Shown piece by piece: positions 38,770 to 49,922 of a DNA stretch of 64,000 nucleotides. Position 1 is the first letter of the stretch; each line of letters begins with the position of its first letter. The position numbers and the translations under genes were made by a program. This DNA comes from an uncultured Pseudomonadota bacterium (GTDB lineage Bacteria; Myxococcota_A; Polyangia; Fen-1088), in assembly GCA_963847705.1 (NCBI GenBank), contig CAWKBC010000007.1, positions 32,001 to 96,000 on the forward strand, given 5' to 3'. The notes beneath the pieces were generated by a model. The model did not search any database. It saw only the letters and a list, made by a program, of their open reading frames with translations, and was not told the DNA's origin.

Positions 38770-40199
38770 AGATGACGGCGGTGGAAACCCATCGGCGCGA
38801 CCGATTGAGTTTGTGGGAGACCATCCTCATGTTCCGCGCGGCGGGCGGCACCGCCGAAGCGATGGCACCCGTGGTCCTCCTGGTCGTGTTCGTGGTCGCC
38901 GCTGCCCTCGGTGCGATGATTCTGGCGCGGCACCAATCGCCGTCGGATCGCTTCTTCGTCCTGGCCGGGGTCTTGATCCCAATCTCGGCGATGCTCATGG
39001 TCCTGTTCGAGGTTCGTCGGATCGGCCCCCTGGCGTTCTTGCGAACCCTTCCCCAGCCACATGCGCCTCGATCGCTGCTGTTGCTGCCGGGGTGTGGACT
39101 GGGCCTCCTCGCCGCCCTCGCGTCGTTGTCGGTGCTGTCGGTTCTGGCCGCGGTGGCGCTCTTCGGTTGCTGGTGTTGGGCGACGGCGATCGGGCACCGG
39201 TTCGCCGGACGCTCCGGCTGGCTTCTGTTGTTCGTCGCCGTGCCGCTGGCGTACCTGGCTCTTTTGGTGGCGGCTTGGTCCTTTGCGGCAGGCGGCTTGA
39301 CGGCGGTGGCTGCCGTGTCGGCGGCGCTCGGCCTAGCGGGCTGCCTCGCTTCGCCGCGCGATCGCTTCCTCGCACTCGTGGCGACGGGATCCAAGCGACG
39401 GCCCGATGGCGCGCAGGTTGGAAGCGACGCGCTCGATCTCACGGTTCGCCAGGATCGCGGCGCGGGGCGGCGCTCGGCGGCCGGTCGCATCTTTCGGGTG
39501 GCTCTCCGCGCCAACCCTCGAGGCGCGAGCGGCATCTTGTGGTTCGCGCTGGCGATTGGCGGCGCCTGCTTCCTGCTGCTGACGATCGCGAGCCCCCTCA
39601 AACCCCTCACGGCCAGCCTGGTCTTTCAGATGACCCTCGCGAACTCGCTGGCGGCCTCCAACTCTCGAGGGGCACGCGAATTCCTCTCGACCAGACCAAT
39701 TCGTCGCCGGCTGCTGCTCCGCGCGGCAGTTCTGCCCTGGGTGCTGCTCGGTCTCCTTTTCCCGGCAGTCGCGCTGGTCAGCGCGGCGACGCGCACCACC
39801 GTGGCGCGCGACGACCTGTCGTCGCTTTCGTATCTCCGCGACCCCATCAAGCCGTCGCGCCCCTCCTCGTTCGGCGAGCATCAGCCCCGGCTTCCGGGGC
39901 GGCTGCTGGTCTCCCCTGCGATCCGTTCTGCGCTGGTCGGGCGCGTCCTCGGATCCGGCGTGCTGCAACTGGCGTGGTTTCTCTCTTTCGCCGCCTTCGG
40001 CATCACCAACGAGCGCCGGCGATGGAGCCACACGCGCTGGACGAGTCTCGCGCTCTTCCTGGTCGCAGGTGCTCTGATGACGCCCATGTTCGTCCCTTGG
40101 CTCAGGCTCCCTTGGGGGCCGCCGCCCATCTGGGTAGCCGGTCTGCTCGCCGCGGCGGGCGCCTACGTCCTCCAAAGGCGCCTGGCGGTCCCTGGTTGA
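38766..40199 (+). CDS. Multi-pass membrane protein, probable ABC permease
   Basis: About 12 hydrophobic segments; internal repeat FLRTLP/FLSTRP; GTGA overlap with the ATPase. Confidence 0.7.
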   Translation: MKMTAVETHRRDRLSLWETILMFRAAGGTAEAMAPVVLLVVFVVAAALGAMILARHQSPSDRFFVLAGVLIPISAMLMVLFEVRRIGPLAFLRTLPQPHAPRSLLLLPGCGLGLLAALASLSVLSVLAAVALFGCWCWATAIGHRFAGRSGWLLLFVAVPLAYLALLVAAWSFAAGGLTAVAAVSAALGLAGCLASPRDRFLALVATGSKRRPDGAQVGSDALDLTVRQDRGAGRRSAAGRIFRVALRANPRGASGILWFALAIGGACFLLLTIASPLKPLTASLVFQMTLANSLAASNSRGAREFLSTRPIRRRLLLRAAVLPWVLLGLLFPAVALVSAATRTTVARDDLSSLSYLRDPIKPSRPSSFGEHQPRLPGRLLVSPAIRSALVGRVLGSGVLQLAWFLSFAAFGITNERRRWSHTRWTSLALFLVAGALMTPMFVPWLRLPWGPPPIWVAGLLAAAGAYVLQRRLAVPG

Positions 40200-40284
40200 C
40201 GACCCAATCCCCGACCGCGGACACCACCTGGCGCTCGCCGCGGAGGGGAACTACCCCCTCCGCGCGCGCAAGGTAACGCTTCTC

Positions 40285-40707
<423 letters not shown>

Positions 40708-40751
40708 GAGAAGCGCGAAGACTATACCGCGTTCAGCCGGCCAACGGGCGT

Positions 40752-41507
40752 TCAGCCCGCCGACGGGCGGGGCGACGAGGCGTCCTCGCCCTTGTCGTCC
40801 TTCATCAGATCTTCCCAGTAGATGATCCGATGGCAGGACGGACAGGTCTCGATCGTCTGCCCGCGCTGGATGATGATGTACAGCTGCGGCGGGATGTTCA
40901 TGTTGCATCCCTGGCAGGTGCCGTTGCGAACGCTGACCACCGCCAGCCCGCGGCGCATCCGGATGCTGGCGTAGCGCTTGAGCACGTCGGGCTTGACCTG
41001 GGCGGCCAGCTTGTCGCGCTCGGCCCGCTGCTCGGCGATCTTGGCCTCGATCTCGGCCATGCGCGCCTTGGCCGCCTCGCCGTCCTTGGCCATCGAGTCC
41101 TTCAGCGCCTGAACGTCGTTCGCCTTGTCGGCCAGCAGCTTCTTCTTGGCGTCGACCGCCTCGACCAGCTTGGCGATCTCCCCCTCGCGCGTCGTCAGCC
41201 CTTCGCGGCGCTGCTCGATCTCGCGCTGGGCGGCCATGTACTCCTTCGAGTTCTTGGCCTGGGCCAGCTTGTGCTTGGCGCCCGCGACCTGGATCTCGTC
41301 CTCGGTCAGGAGCCCCTTCTGCTCGGAGTAGTATTTCTCCGTCTCGCCCAGCGCCTGTCGCTCGGTGGCCAAGAGGCCCTCCACCCGAGCCACGTCGTTC
41401 TCGGCGGAGGCCAACTTGAGCGGGATGGCCTTGAGCGAGCTCTCCAGCTCCTGAATCTTCGCGTCGTGTGCCTGTAGCTCTTCGAGTCGCTTAAGCTGAT
41501 CGCGCAA
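40752..41507 (-). CDS. Coiled-coil protein with C4-type zinc ribbon (DUF164 family)
   Basis: Long coiled coil then CQGCNMNIPPQ...CPSCHRIIY; usual neighbour of rnpB. Confidence 0.92.
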   Translation of the reverse strand: MRDQLKRLEELQAHDAKIQELESSLKAIPLKLASAENDVARVEGLLATERQALGETEKYYSEQKGLLTEDEIQVAGAKHKLAQAKNSKEYMAAQREIEQRREGLTTREGEIAKLVEAVDAKKKLLADKANDVQALKDSMAKDGEAAKARMAEIEAKIAEQRAERDKLAAQVKPDVLKRYASIRMRRGLAVVSVRNGTCQGCNMNIPPQLYIIIQRGQTIETCPSCHRIIYWEDLMKDDKGEDASSPRPSAG

Positions 41508-41558
41508 TGCGTTCCTCCATATCGGGGACTATGACCGACGTAACCTTGGCGTCGAGAG

Positions 41559-41631
41559 TGGGCCCACCTGGATTCGAACCAGGGACCAGGCGGTTATGAG
41601 CCGCCAGCTCTGACCGCTGAGCTATGGGCCC
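41559..41631 (-). tRNA. tRNA with CAT anticodon, most likely tRNA-Ile2 (lysidine-modified); CCA not encoded
   Basis: GGGCCCATAGCTCAGCGGTCAGAGCTGGCGGCT-CAT-AACCGCCTGGTCCCTGGTTCGAATCCAGGTGGGCCCA. Confidence 0.93.
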
Positions 41632-41669
41632 AGCCTTGTACGGAAACGCCGTGTACAAAGAAGGGGGGA

Positions 41670-41698
41670 AATCTACACTGCCGATCCTCGACTGTCGA
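41670..41698 (-). promoter_or_regulatory. Sigma70 promoter for the tRNA-DUF164-rnpB block
   Basis: TCGACA-17 nt-TAGATT. Confidence 0.6.
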
Positions 41699-41724
41699 GG
41701 CGAAGGACCGACGGAAAGCGACGG

Positions 41725-43178
41725 TCAGGAGGCGGCCGGCCGCGCGGGGTCTCCTCGCCGGCGCCGTCGGCGGATGGCCGCCGCCCCCGCCACCAGCAAG
41801 AGACCGGCGAGGCCCGTCCCGACCGACGGCCCGCTGCCGTCCACCGCACAGAGACATCCCGAGCTGGCGGGGGCCGGCGTCCCGCCGTCGGCTGGCCCGC
41901 CGTCGACGCCCGTACAGACGGAGGTGTTCCAGATCGCTTGCGTCTCCTGGAAGTTGCAGCTGTCGAGGCAGACCTGCTGGGCGCACGGCTTGATCCCGGC
42001 GACCTGATCGTAGCTCATCACCGGCGTGACGGTCAGCCCTTCATCGGTCGAGATCGCCAGCGCCCATCCATCGCTGTAGTTCTTGCCCGACAGGTAGAGC
42101 GTCGACTGACCGGCGACCACGCGCTCGCCGAGACCGACCAGGTGGGGCTGGGGGTCGAGCGTCCAGGCTGAAAACGTCAGCGCCCCGTCGGTCGAGCGGT
42201 AGCCGGCGCCCATCGTGCCGCCGCCGCCGCCGGCGAGATTTATCAGCGCGCCCACCAGGACCGTACCGCTGGCGAGCCGCGCGAAGGCGCTCAGCGCCCC
42301 GTTTTGGATGGTCAGCGGCGTGGCGAAGGTCATCCCGCCGTCGCGGGTGACCGCCAGCGTCTCGGACCCCGTGGCGCTGGCCCGCAGGTAGACCAGATCG
42401 CTCTGGGCGCTGTCGACGGCCAGGATCCGCACGATGGTGGAGCCGAGCGAGCGGGAGCAGATCGGTGGGCGTCCAGCTCTGCCCCCCGTCGGTCGAGCGG
42501 ACCAGCACCGGGTCGTAGCCGGTGCTGGTTGCGGTCACGTAGGTCAGGTAGATGACCTGGGGATTGCTGCGCGCGATCTCGATCCCGACGATCGACGCGC
42601 CGGCGGGTGCGAGGTAAAGCGGCGTGGTGCCGAAGGTGGTGCCCCCGTCGGTCGACACGTAGACCGACGCCTGCGCCGCGCCGCCCCCGTCGGAAACGGC
42701 CGACGCCGCCGCCAGGACGTGCATCGGGTCGGAGGCGTCGGTGAAGAAGTCGGAGACCGACTCGCCGGCGAGGGCGCCGCCCGCGCTCTGCCAGCCGCAC
42801 GATTCGTCATCGGAAAAGGAGAGCCCCGTTACCGGCGAGAGCGCGTAGAACCGATTCGGCCGGCGGCGCGCCGACGGTATAGACGTTGGCCATCGAGGTG
42901 GCGGTCTGCTCGCAGGTCCAGACCCAGCTCTGGCCGCCGTCGTCCGACAAGATGAGGCCGAACGTCGTGGCGAGGCCAATCTCCTGCGGCTTGTCGACCG
43001 GCAGCAGGACCCCCAGCGATCCAGGAATGCCGTTGTTCGCGCGCGCGACGCCCCAGCCGAGGAGCGACGCCCCGGGCGCCCCGAACGAGGCGACGATCCC
43101 GGCGACGATCAAGCCAACGCCGAGGCGCAGCCGGCGGGCCCCCCGCGGAAAAGCGCGCTTTACTGGCGAGGCGCGCAT
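41725..43178 (-). pseudogene. Secreted BNR/Asp-box repeat protein with MYXO-CTERM tail, split by two +1 frameshifts (real or assembly error)
   Basis: S.DGG.SW repeats across three ORFs; removing one base near 42859 and one near 42451 restores one frame; ends SSGCLCAV..TM..RRRRR. Confidence 0.75.
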
Positions 43179-43192
43179 CGATTCGTGCCATT

Positions 43193-44485
43193 ATGCCCGC
43201 GCTCGTCCCCGCGCCGATGCTCAAAATCGAGTTCGAAACGTACGCACTGGCCAACGGGCTACGGGTGATCCTCCACACGGATCGATCGAGCCCGCTCGTG
43301 GCCGTCGATCTCTGGTACCACGTCGGCTCCAAGGATGAGGTGCCCGGACGGACCGGCTTCGCGCACCTGTTCGAGCACCTGATGTTCATGGGGTCGCGCC
43401 ACGCCCCCTACCCGGCGTTCGACGCGATCATGGAGAGCTGGGGCGGACACAACAACGGCACCACCAGCAACGACCGCACGAACTACTACGAGATCGGGCC
43501 GCGCAACCTGCTGGAGACGTTCCTCTGGCTGGAGGCCGATCGCCTGGCCACGCTACCCGACGTGATCACCGCCGAGGAGCTGGAGAAGCAGCTCAAGGTG
43601 GTTCAGAACGAGCGGCGGCAATCCTACGAGAACCGCCCCTACGGACGCGCCGAGCTGGCCATTCCCGAGGCGATGTACCCGGCCGACCACCCCTACCACT
43701 GGCCGACCATCGGTTCGCACGAAGATCTGGAGGCGGCCACCGTCGACGACGTGCGGGCCTTCTTCGATCGGTTCTACCGCCCGTCGAACGCCAGTCTGGT
43801 GGTCGCGGGCGACTTCGATCCGGCTCAGGCGCGCGCGCTCATCGACCGTTACTTCGGCTGGCAGCCGAAGCGCGAGCCGGCCCAGCGCGCGCCGCACCCC
43901 GCGGCGCCCCGCCTGGCGGCCGACGTCGAGATCACGCTGACCGATCGGGTGCAGCTGCCGCGGCTGAGGCTGGCCTGGCACACGCCGGCGCTGTTCGCTC
44001 CGGGCGACGCCGACCTCGATCTGGCGGCGCACGTCCTGGGCGGCGGCAAGTCGAGCCGACTCTACCGCGCGCTGGTGTTCGAACGGCGCATCGCGCAGGA
44101 CGTCTTCGCCTACCAGGGGTCGCAGATGCTGGGCAGCGTCTTCCACATCGGCGCCACGGCCAAACCGGATCACGATCTCACCGAGATCGGCGCGGCGGTC
44201 GACGCCGAGATCGCGCGTCTCGCCTCCGACGGACCGACCGAGGCCGAGCTGGCGCGCGCCCGCAACACCCACCTGGCCGACTTCTACAAGGGGCTCGATC
44301 ACCTGCAGACGCGGGCCGATCTGCTGAACCACTACCAGAATTTGTTCGGCGATCCGGACGGTGTGGGACGCGACGTCGCCCGCTACGCCGACGCGACCTG
44401 CGCCTCGGTGCGCGACGCCTTCGCGCGCGCGCTGGCGGGAAAGCGGCTGGCGCTGCAGACGCTCCCCGACCCGGTGACGGCGTGA
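43193..44485 (+). CDS. M16B (pitrilysin family) zinc peptidase, catalytic subunit
   Basis: GFAHLFEHLMF (HxxEH), NERRQ, HPYHWPTIGS; start may be ATG 43217. Confidence 0.93.
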   Translation: MPALVPAPMLKIEFETYALANGLRVILHTDRSSPLVAVDLWYHVGSKDEVPGRTGFAHLFEHLMFMGSRHAPYPAFDAIMESWGGHNNGTTSNDRTNYYEIGPRNLLETFLWLEADRLATLPDVITAEELEKQLKVVQNERRQSYENRPYGRAELAIPEAMYPADHPYHWPTIGSHEDLEAATVDDVRAFFDRFYRPSNASLVVAGDFDPAQARALIDRYFGWQPKREPAQRAPHPAAPRLAADVEITLTDRVQLPRLRLAWHTPALFAPGDADLDLAAHVLGGGKSSRLYRALVFERRIAQDVFAYQGSQMLGSVFHIGATAKPDHDLTEIGAAVDAEIARLASDGPTEAELARARNTHLADFYKGLDHLQTRADLLNHYQNLFGDPDGVGRDVARYADATCASVRDAFARALAGKRLALQTLPDPVTA

Positions 44486-45858
44486 TCGAAGCGCCTGCGG
44501 CGATGGCCGCGGCGCCGGCCGTCGGGCCGCTGCCGAGCGTGATCCCTCCGACCGCCGACCGCTTCACGCTGTCGAACGGCCTCGAGGTGGTGACCGTGCG
44601 GCGCGACGTGGCGCCGATCGTCTCGGCGGCGCTCATGATCCGCAGCGGCGCGGGGAACGATGTGCCCGAGCTGTCGGGCCTGGCTTCACTGACCGCGGAG
44701 ATGCTCGACGAGGGGGCCGGCACGCGCGACGCCCTCACGCTGGCCGACGAGCTCGAACGGCTGGGCGCCGATCTCTGGTTGGGCAGCGGCCGCGACGGCT
44801 CGCAGCTCTCGGTCCAGGCGCCGCACGACACCTTCTTTGCGGCGCTGGACATCGCGGGCGACGTTCTCGTGCGCCCGCGCCTGACCGACTCCGACTGGGA
44901 GCGCGTGCTGGCCGATCGCAAGACCGCCAACGCGCAGCGCCGCGACCAGCCGGAAGCGGTCGTCAGCGTCGTCTCGGATCGGCTGCTGTTCGGAGAGTCC
45001 CACCCCTACGGCCGCCCGGTGGAGGGGTTCACCCGCACGCTCGAGCGCCTGTCGCTCGACGACGTCCGCGCCTTTCATGAAATGCACTGGCGGCCAAACC
45101 ACGCCTTTCTGGTGGTGGCCGGGGCCTTCGACCAGGGGAGCCTGCGCGCGCGGCTCGAGGCGGCCCTGGGCGCCTGGACCGGCACGGCCCCGCCCGAGCC
45201 GGCGGCGCCGCCGGCCTGGCCCGCGCGCCCACGCCTCTGCATCGTCGATCGCCCGGGCGCGCCCCAGAGCATCGTGCGGCTGGTGGCGCCGGGGACCGAT
45301 CGCCTGTCCCCCGATCGTCCGGGACTGGCGATGCTGAACGCCATCCTGGGCGGCAGCTTCACCAGCCGGCTCAACTTCAACCTGCGCGAGAAGAACGGCT
45401 TCACCTACGGCGCCTCGTCGAGCTTCGCCTTCCTGCGCCGGCCCGGCAGCTTCGCCGCGCGGGCCGCCGTGTTCGCCGAGTCGACCGCGCCAGCGGTCCG
45501 CGAGATGCTGAGCGAGCTCACCGGCCTGCACGAGCGCCCGGTGACGAGCGAGGAGCACGCCAAGGCGCGGGCCACCCTGTTGATGCGCGTCGCCGAGGGG
45601 TTGTCGACCACCGGCGGCATCGCCGCCAGCTTCGGCGACATCGGCCTTTACGGGCTGCCGCTCGACGAGCCGCTCCGCTTTGTCGCCGCGCTCGAGCGAA
45701 CCACCGCCGACGACCTGCGGGCGCTGGCCGCGCGCTACATCGACCCGGACGCGGCCAGCATCGTCATCGTGGGCGATCGCGCCGCCATCGAGCCGGGGCT
45801 GCGCGAGCTCGGCTTGCCCGCGCCCGAGATCCGCGACGCCGACGGCGACCCCGTTTAG
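44482..45858 (+). CDS. M16B peptidase, non-catalytic partner subunit
   Basis: GLASLTAEML (no HxxEH), HPYG, SRLNFNLREKNGFTYG. Confidence 0.9.
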   Translation: MIEAPAAMAAAPAVGPLPSVIPPTADRFTLSNGLEVVTVRRDVAPIVSAALMIRSGAGNDVPELSGLASLTAEMLDEGAGTRDALTLADELERLGADLWLGSGRDGSQLSVQAPHDTFFAALDIAGDVLVRPRLTDSDWERVLADRKTANAQRRDQPEAVVSVVSDRLLFGESHPYGRPVEGFTRTLERLSLDDVRAFHEMHWRPNHAFLVVAGAFDQGSLRARLEAALGAWTGTAPPEPAAPPAWPARPRLCIVDRPGAPQSIVRLVAPGTDRLSPDRPGLAMLNAILGGSFTSRLNFNLREKNGFTYGASSSFAFLRRPGSFAARAAVFAESTAPAVREMLSELTGLHERPVTSEEHAKARATLLMRVAEGLSTTGGIAASFGDIGLYGLPLDEPLRFVAALERTTADDLRALAARYIDPDAASIVIVGDRAAIEPGLRELGLPAPEIRDADGDPV

Positions 45859-45859
45859 G

Positions 45860-46232
45860 CGCTCCGCTCGGTTTCACTCGGGGGCGGCGGGGGCCGGGGA
45901 GCTCCTCGGCCTACGCACCTAAAAGGTTGGAATCGTCGGGCGGAACAACAGAGCCGCCCGACTCAGCTTCGGCCGAGGAGCTCCCCGGCCCCCGCCGCGC
46001 CTGCGTTCCACCTCGGCTCCGCTTCGGTCCGCTCCGGATCAGACCACCGAGCGGAACGTAGCGCGGCTCTCCGGCAAGCGAGAGGGCCGGGCGTTCGGTC
46101 GGCCGAAGCTGAGGACGGCGGCTCTGTTGTTCCGCCTGCCGATTCCAACCCCTCGGGTGCGTAGGCCGACCGAATACCCGTCCCCCTCGCCCCCGCCGCA
46201 GGGTCTGAGCGGAGCGGAGCGCAGCGAAGCCG
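45860..46232. repeat. Two inverted copies of a conserved ~67-nt multi-stem core, each closed by its own long stem
   Basis: 45906-45974 matches the reverse complement of 46101-46169; perfect 28-bp stem 45884-45911/45971-45998; imperfect 27-bp stem 46078-46104/46164-46190. Confidence 0.85.
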
Positions 46233-46238
46233 CGGTCG

Positions 46239-46736
46239 TCAGCCGCTGGAGGCGACGGTGCGGAGGGTCTGGCGGAGCTTGGTGCGGGCGCGCATCAGGC
46301 GGGTGCCGACCGTGGAACGCGGGATGGTGAGCTTGTCCGCGATCTCGTCGTAGCTGCAGTTCTCGAGCAGGCGCAGCTCGTACACCTCGCGGAACGGCCG
46401 CTCCAGATCGGCCAGCGCGGCATGGATCTGCTCCTGGGTGATCGTCTCCCAGGCCTCCGGTACGTAGGGCTCCGGGCCGGCCACCTCGTGGTCGTCCAGC
46501 GAGAACGAGCGGGGCTCGCGCGCCAGGCGGCGGCAGCGATCCAGAAACAGGTTGTACATGATGGTCATCAACCAGTGCCGCAGGTTGGTGCCCGGGGTGA
46601 AGCTCGCCTTCCCCCGCAGCGCCCGTTCGTAGGTGTCCTGAACGAGATCCAGTGCGTCCGACCGGCTGCGCAGGAGACGCATTGCGCGGGCATAGAGCAC
46701 CGGTTCGTACCGCGAGGCCATTTCATCTGGATGCAT
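46239..46736 (-). CDS. ECF sigma-70 factor
   Basis: DALDLVQDTY, WLMTIMYNLFLD, SYDEIA..L.IP..TVGTRLMRAR. Confidence 0.92.
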   Translation of the reverse strand: MHPDEMASRYEPVLYARAMRLLRSRSDALDLVQDTYERALRGKASFTPGTNLRHWLMTIMYNLFLDRCRRLAREPRSFSLDDHEVAGPEPYVPEAWETITQEQIHAALADLERPFREVYELRLLENCSYDEIADKLTIPRSTVGTRLMRARTKLRQTLRTVASSG

Positions 46737-46749
46737 GGGCTCTCTAATG

Positions 46750-46765
46750 AGCAACGGCTGTGCCA
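46750..46765 (-). promoter_or_regulatory. Sigma54 (-24/-12) promoter for the ECF gene
   Basis: Minus strand TGGCACAGCCGTTGCT fits TGGCAC-N5-TTGCW. Confidence 0.8.
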
Positions 46766-46815
46766 TGCGTAAGTGACTGGAATTGTGTGAGATGTATCTC
46801 GACGCCCCGCGCGAC

Positions 46816-46842
46816 TTGCGCAAGGTTGCACAACTTGCGCAA
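46816..46842. promoter_or_regulatory. Three palindromic octamers, candidate enhancer sites
   Basis: TTGCGCAA 46816-46823, TTGCACAA 46826-46833, TTGCGCAA 46835-46842. Confidence 0.55.
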
Positions 46843-46892
46843 CTGCCACTTGCCCCCGAGGGGCGCCGGTCGACATACTGCCGGGGAAGGCG

Positions 46893-48272
<1,380 letters not shown>

Positions 48273-48278
48273 AACCAG

Positions 48279-49922
48279 TCAGAGCTTGATGCGCAGCGCG
48301 ACGCCCAGATCGACGACCGGGTAGTCAGTGAGTGCCGCGGGGTAAGCGAGCGAGGCGAGGAGGGCCTGGTACTGCGTGGCTTGGGCGGTGGTCAGGGTGC
48401 TGGCGAAATTCGGCGGTATCTGGAAGCGAAACTCGCCGCCCAGGTTGCCGTAATGGACGCCGGCGAATGCCTCGACGGAGAGGTGGGTGAGGACGGTGAC
48501 GGAGTAATCGAGCCGCGTGACGAACGACCTGTCGGAGAGGTTGCCCAGCGTCGAGAGCGTGAAGGTGGTGTAGTTCCAGGAGTAGGGCGCCGGAAGCGTC
48601 AGGTAGACGGCGCCGTACTGCCTGCCCAGATAGAAGAACGGGAAGGCGGAGGTGTCGCCATTCAGGAATGCGGCCTGGAGCAGCGCCGGGTAGGCCGAGG
48701 CGTTGTCGTAGCCCGGGTGGTTGTAGAAGTACTCCACGCCGACGGTCCACATGTCGTTGTCGTTGTACTTGCGCGAATAGCCGATCCCGCCCACCGCCTG
48801 CGTCTCGTACCCCGTGAAGGGGTAGAGCATCGGGGTCGGCGAGCCCGAGACAGGGAACGCGTGCTCGAAGTCGCTGCCCGGTCGAACGGCGACGTCGGCG
48901 TAGACGTCGAAGTCGTAGATGCCCGTCGAGAGATCGAAGCCGTAACGCGGACTCTGGCCGCGGCGGAGGTAGGTATCGACGCCCATCTCGACCCCGGCCA
49001 GCACGACCTCGGCGCGAAACGCCCCCGCCACCTGCCCCAGCGAGGCGGTCGGGGCGTTGGGATCTTCGGCGATGCCGAAGGCGTAGAAGTTCCACCCCTT
49101 CTCTTCCCAGGGGATGTTCAGCTTGATCATCGTCGTCCCCGGGCGGGCGTCGAACACGTCGAGCGGGTTGCGCTTCTGCTCGTGCAGATAGTCGGTCGGC
49201 TGCCAGAACCGCCCCGTCCCCCAGCGCACGTGCTGCTTGCCGGCGGTGACGAAGACGTGATCGAGGATGTCGAACCGGATCCACATCTGATCGAGCAGCG
49301 TGGCCGGTCCACGGGTGTTGCTGAAGGTCGAAAAACCGGTGGGGCTGGTGGCGCTGGCGAACGCCCCGTTCGACATCATCTGGCCGCTCTGCGGCAGCAC
49401 CCCGCCGCCATTCGGCGGCAGCGTCGGATCGTAGCTCATGCGGCCGAGGATGAAGGCCCGCACGCGCGGGTTCGGACGGGCGTCGAGGTAGAGGTCGAGC
49501 AAACTGGGCGCCGAGAGCGACCAGTCGGCGGGGGCCTGCCCACCGTAGGCGGTGGTCTGCATGCGCAAATAGAGCTGCCCGCCGATCTGCAGCGGGTTCT
49601 CGGGCGCCACGTAGTCGGAGAGAAACTTGGCGTCGGCGCTGCCGCCCAGGAGCTCCTGATCGCGCGCGGTTCCGCCGGCGGCCTCGGAGGCGGGCGCGGC
49701 CGCGGGTGGCGCGGAGACGGCGGGCGATGGCGGACCCGGCGCGCCGGTGACGGGGGACGGGGGCGCGGTCGTGGCTGGTGCGCTGGGGGACGGTGACGGG
49801 CTCGGCGTGGAGGCGCCGCCTCCGAAAAGGTCCTGCTCGCTCGGTCGATCCTCCGCCCGCGCGCCACCACCGAGACCGGTCGCGAGCAGCGCGACGCCGA
49901 ACGCAGCGACCGATCGTCTCAT
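48279..49922 (-). CDS. Predicted outer-membrane beta-barrel protein
   Basis: Signal peptide, Pro-rich linker, TAGKQHVRWG, aromatic-rich strands; last gene of the ABC/LolA-like operon. Confidence 0.7.
   Translation of the reverse strand: MRRSVAAFGVALLATGLGGGARAEDRPSEQDLFGGGASTPSPSPSPSAPATTAPPSPVTGAPGPPSPAVSAPPAAAPASEAAGGTARDQELLGGSADAKFLSDYVAPENPLQIGGQLYLRMQTTAYGGQAPADWSLSAPSLLDLYLDARPNPRVRAFILGRMSYDPTLPPNGGGVLPQSGQMMSNGAFASATSPTGFSTFSNTRGPATLLDQMWIRFDILDHVFVTAGKQHVRWGTGRFWQPTDYLHEQKRNPLDVFDARPGTTMIKLNIPWEEKGWNFYAFGIAEDPNAPTASLGQVAGAFRAEVVLAGVEMGVDTYLRRGQSPRYGFDLSTGIYDFDVYADVAVRPGSDFEHAFPVSGSPTPMLYPFTGYETQAVGGIGYSRKYNDNDMWTVGVEYFYNHPGYDNASAYPALLQAAFLNGDTSAFPFFYLGRQYGAVYLTLPAPYSWNYTTFTLSTLGNLSDRSFVTRLDYSVTVLTHLSVEAFAGVHYGNLGGEFRFQIPPNFASTLTTAQATQYQALLASLAYPAALTDYPVVDLGVALRIKL

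Noticed and set aside
40721-40737. CTATACCGCGTTCAGC upstream of rnpB as a second LexA box
   Set aside because: One base too short between CTATA and GTTCAG; more simply the TATAGT -10 of rnpB.
45860-46232. Retron msr-msd or TPP riboswitch reading of the twin structure
   Set aside because: No adjacent reverse transcriptase, TPP core elements are incomplete, and the position between convergent 3' ends does not fit a riboswitch.
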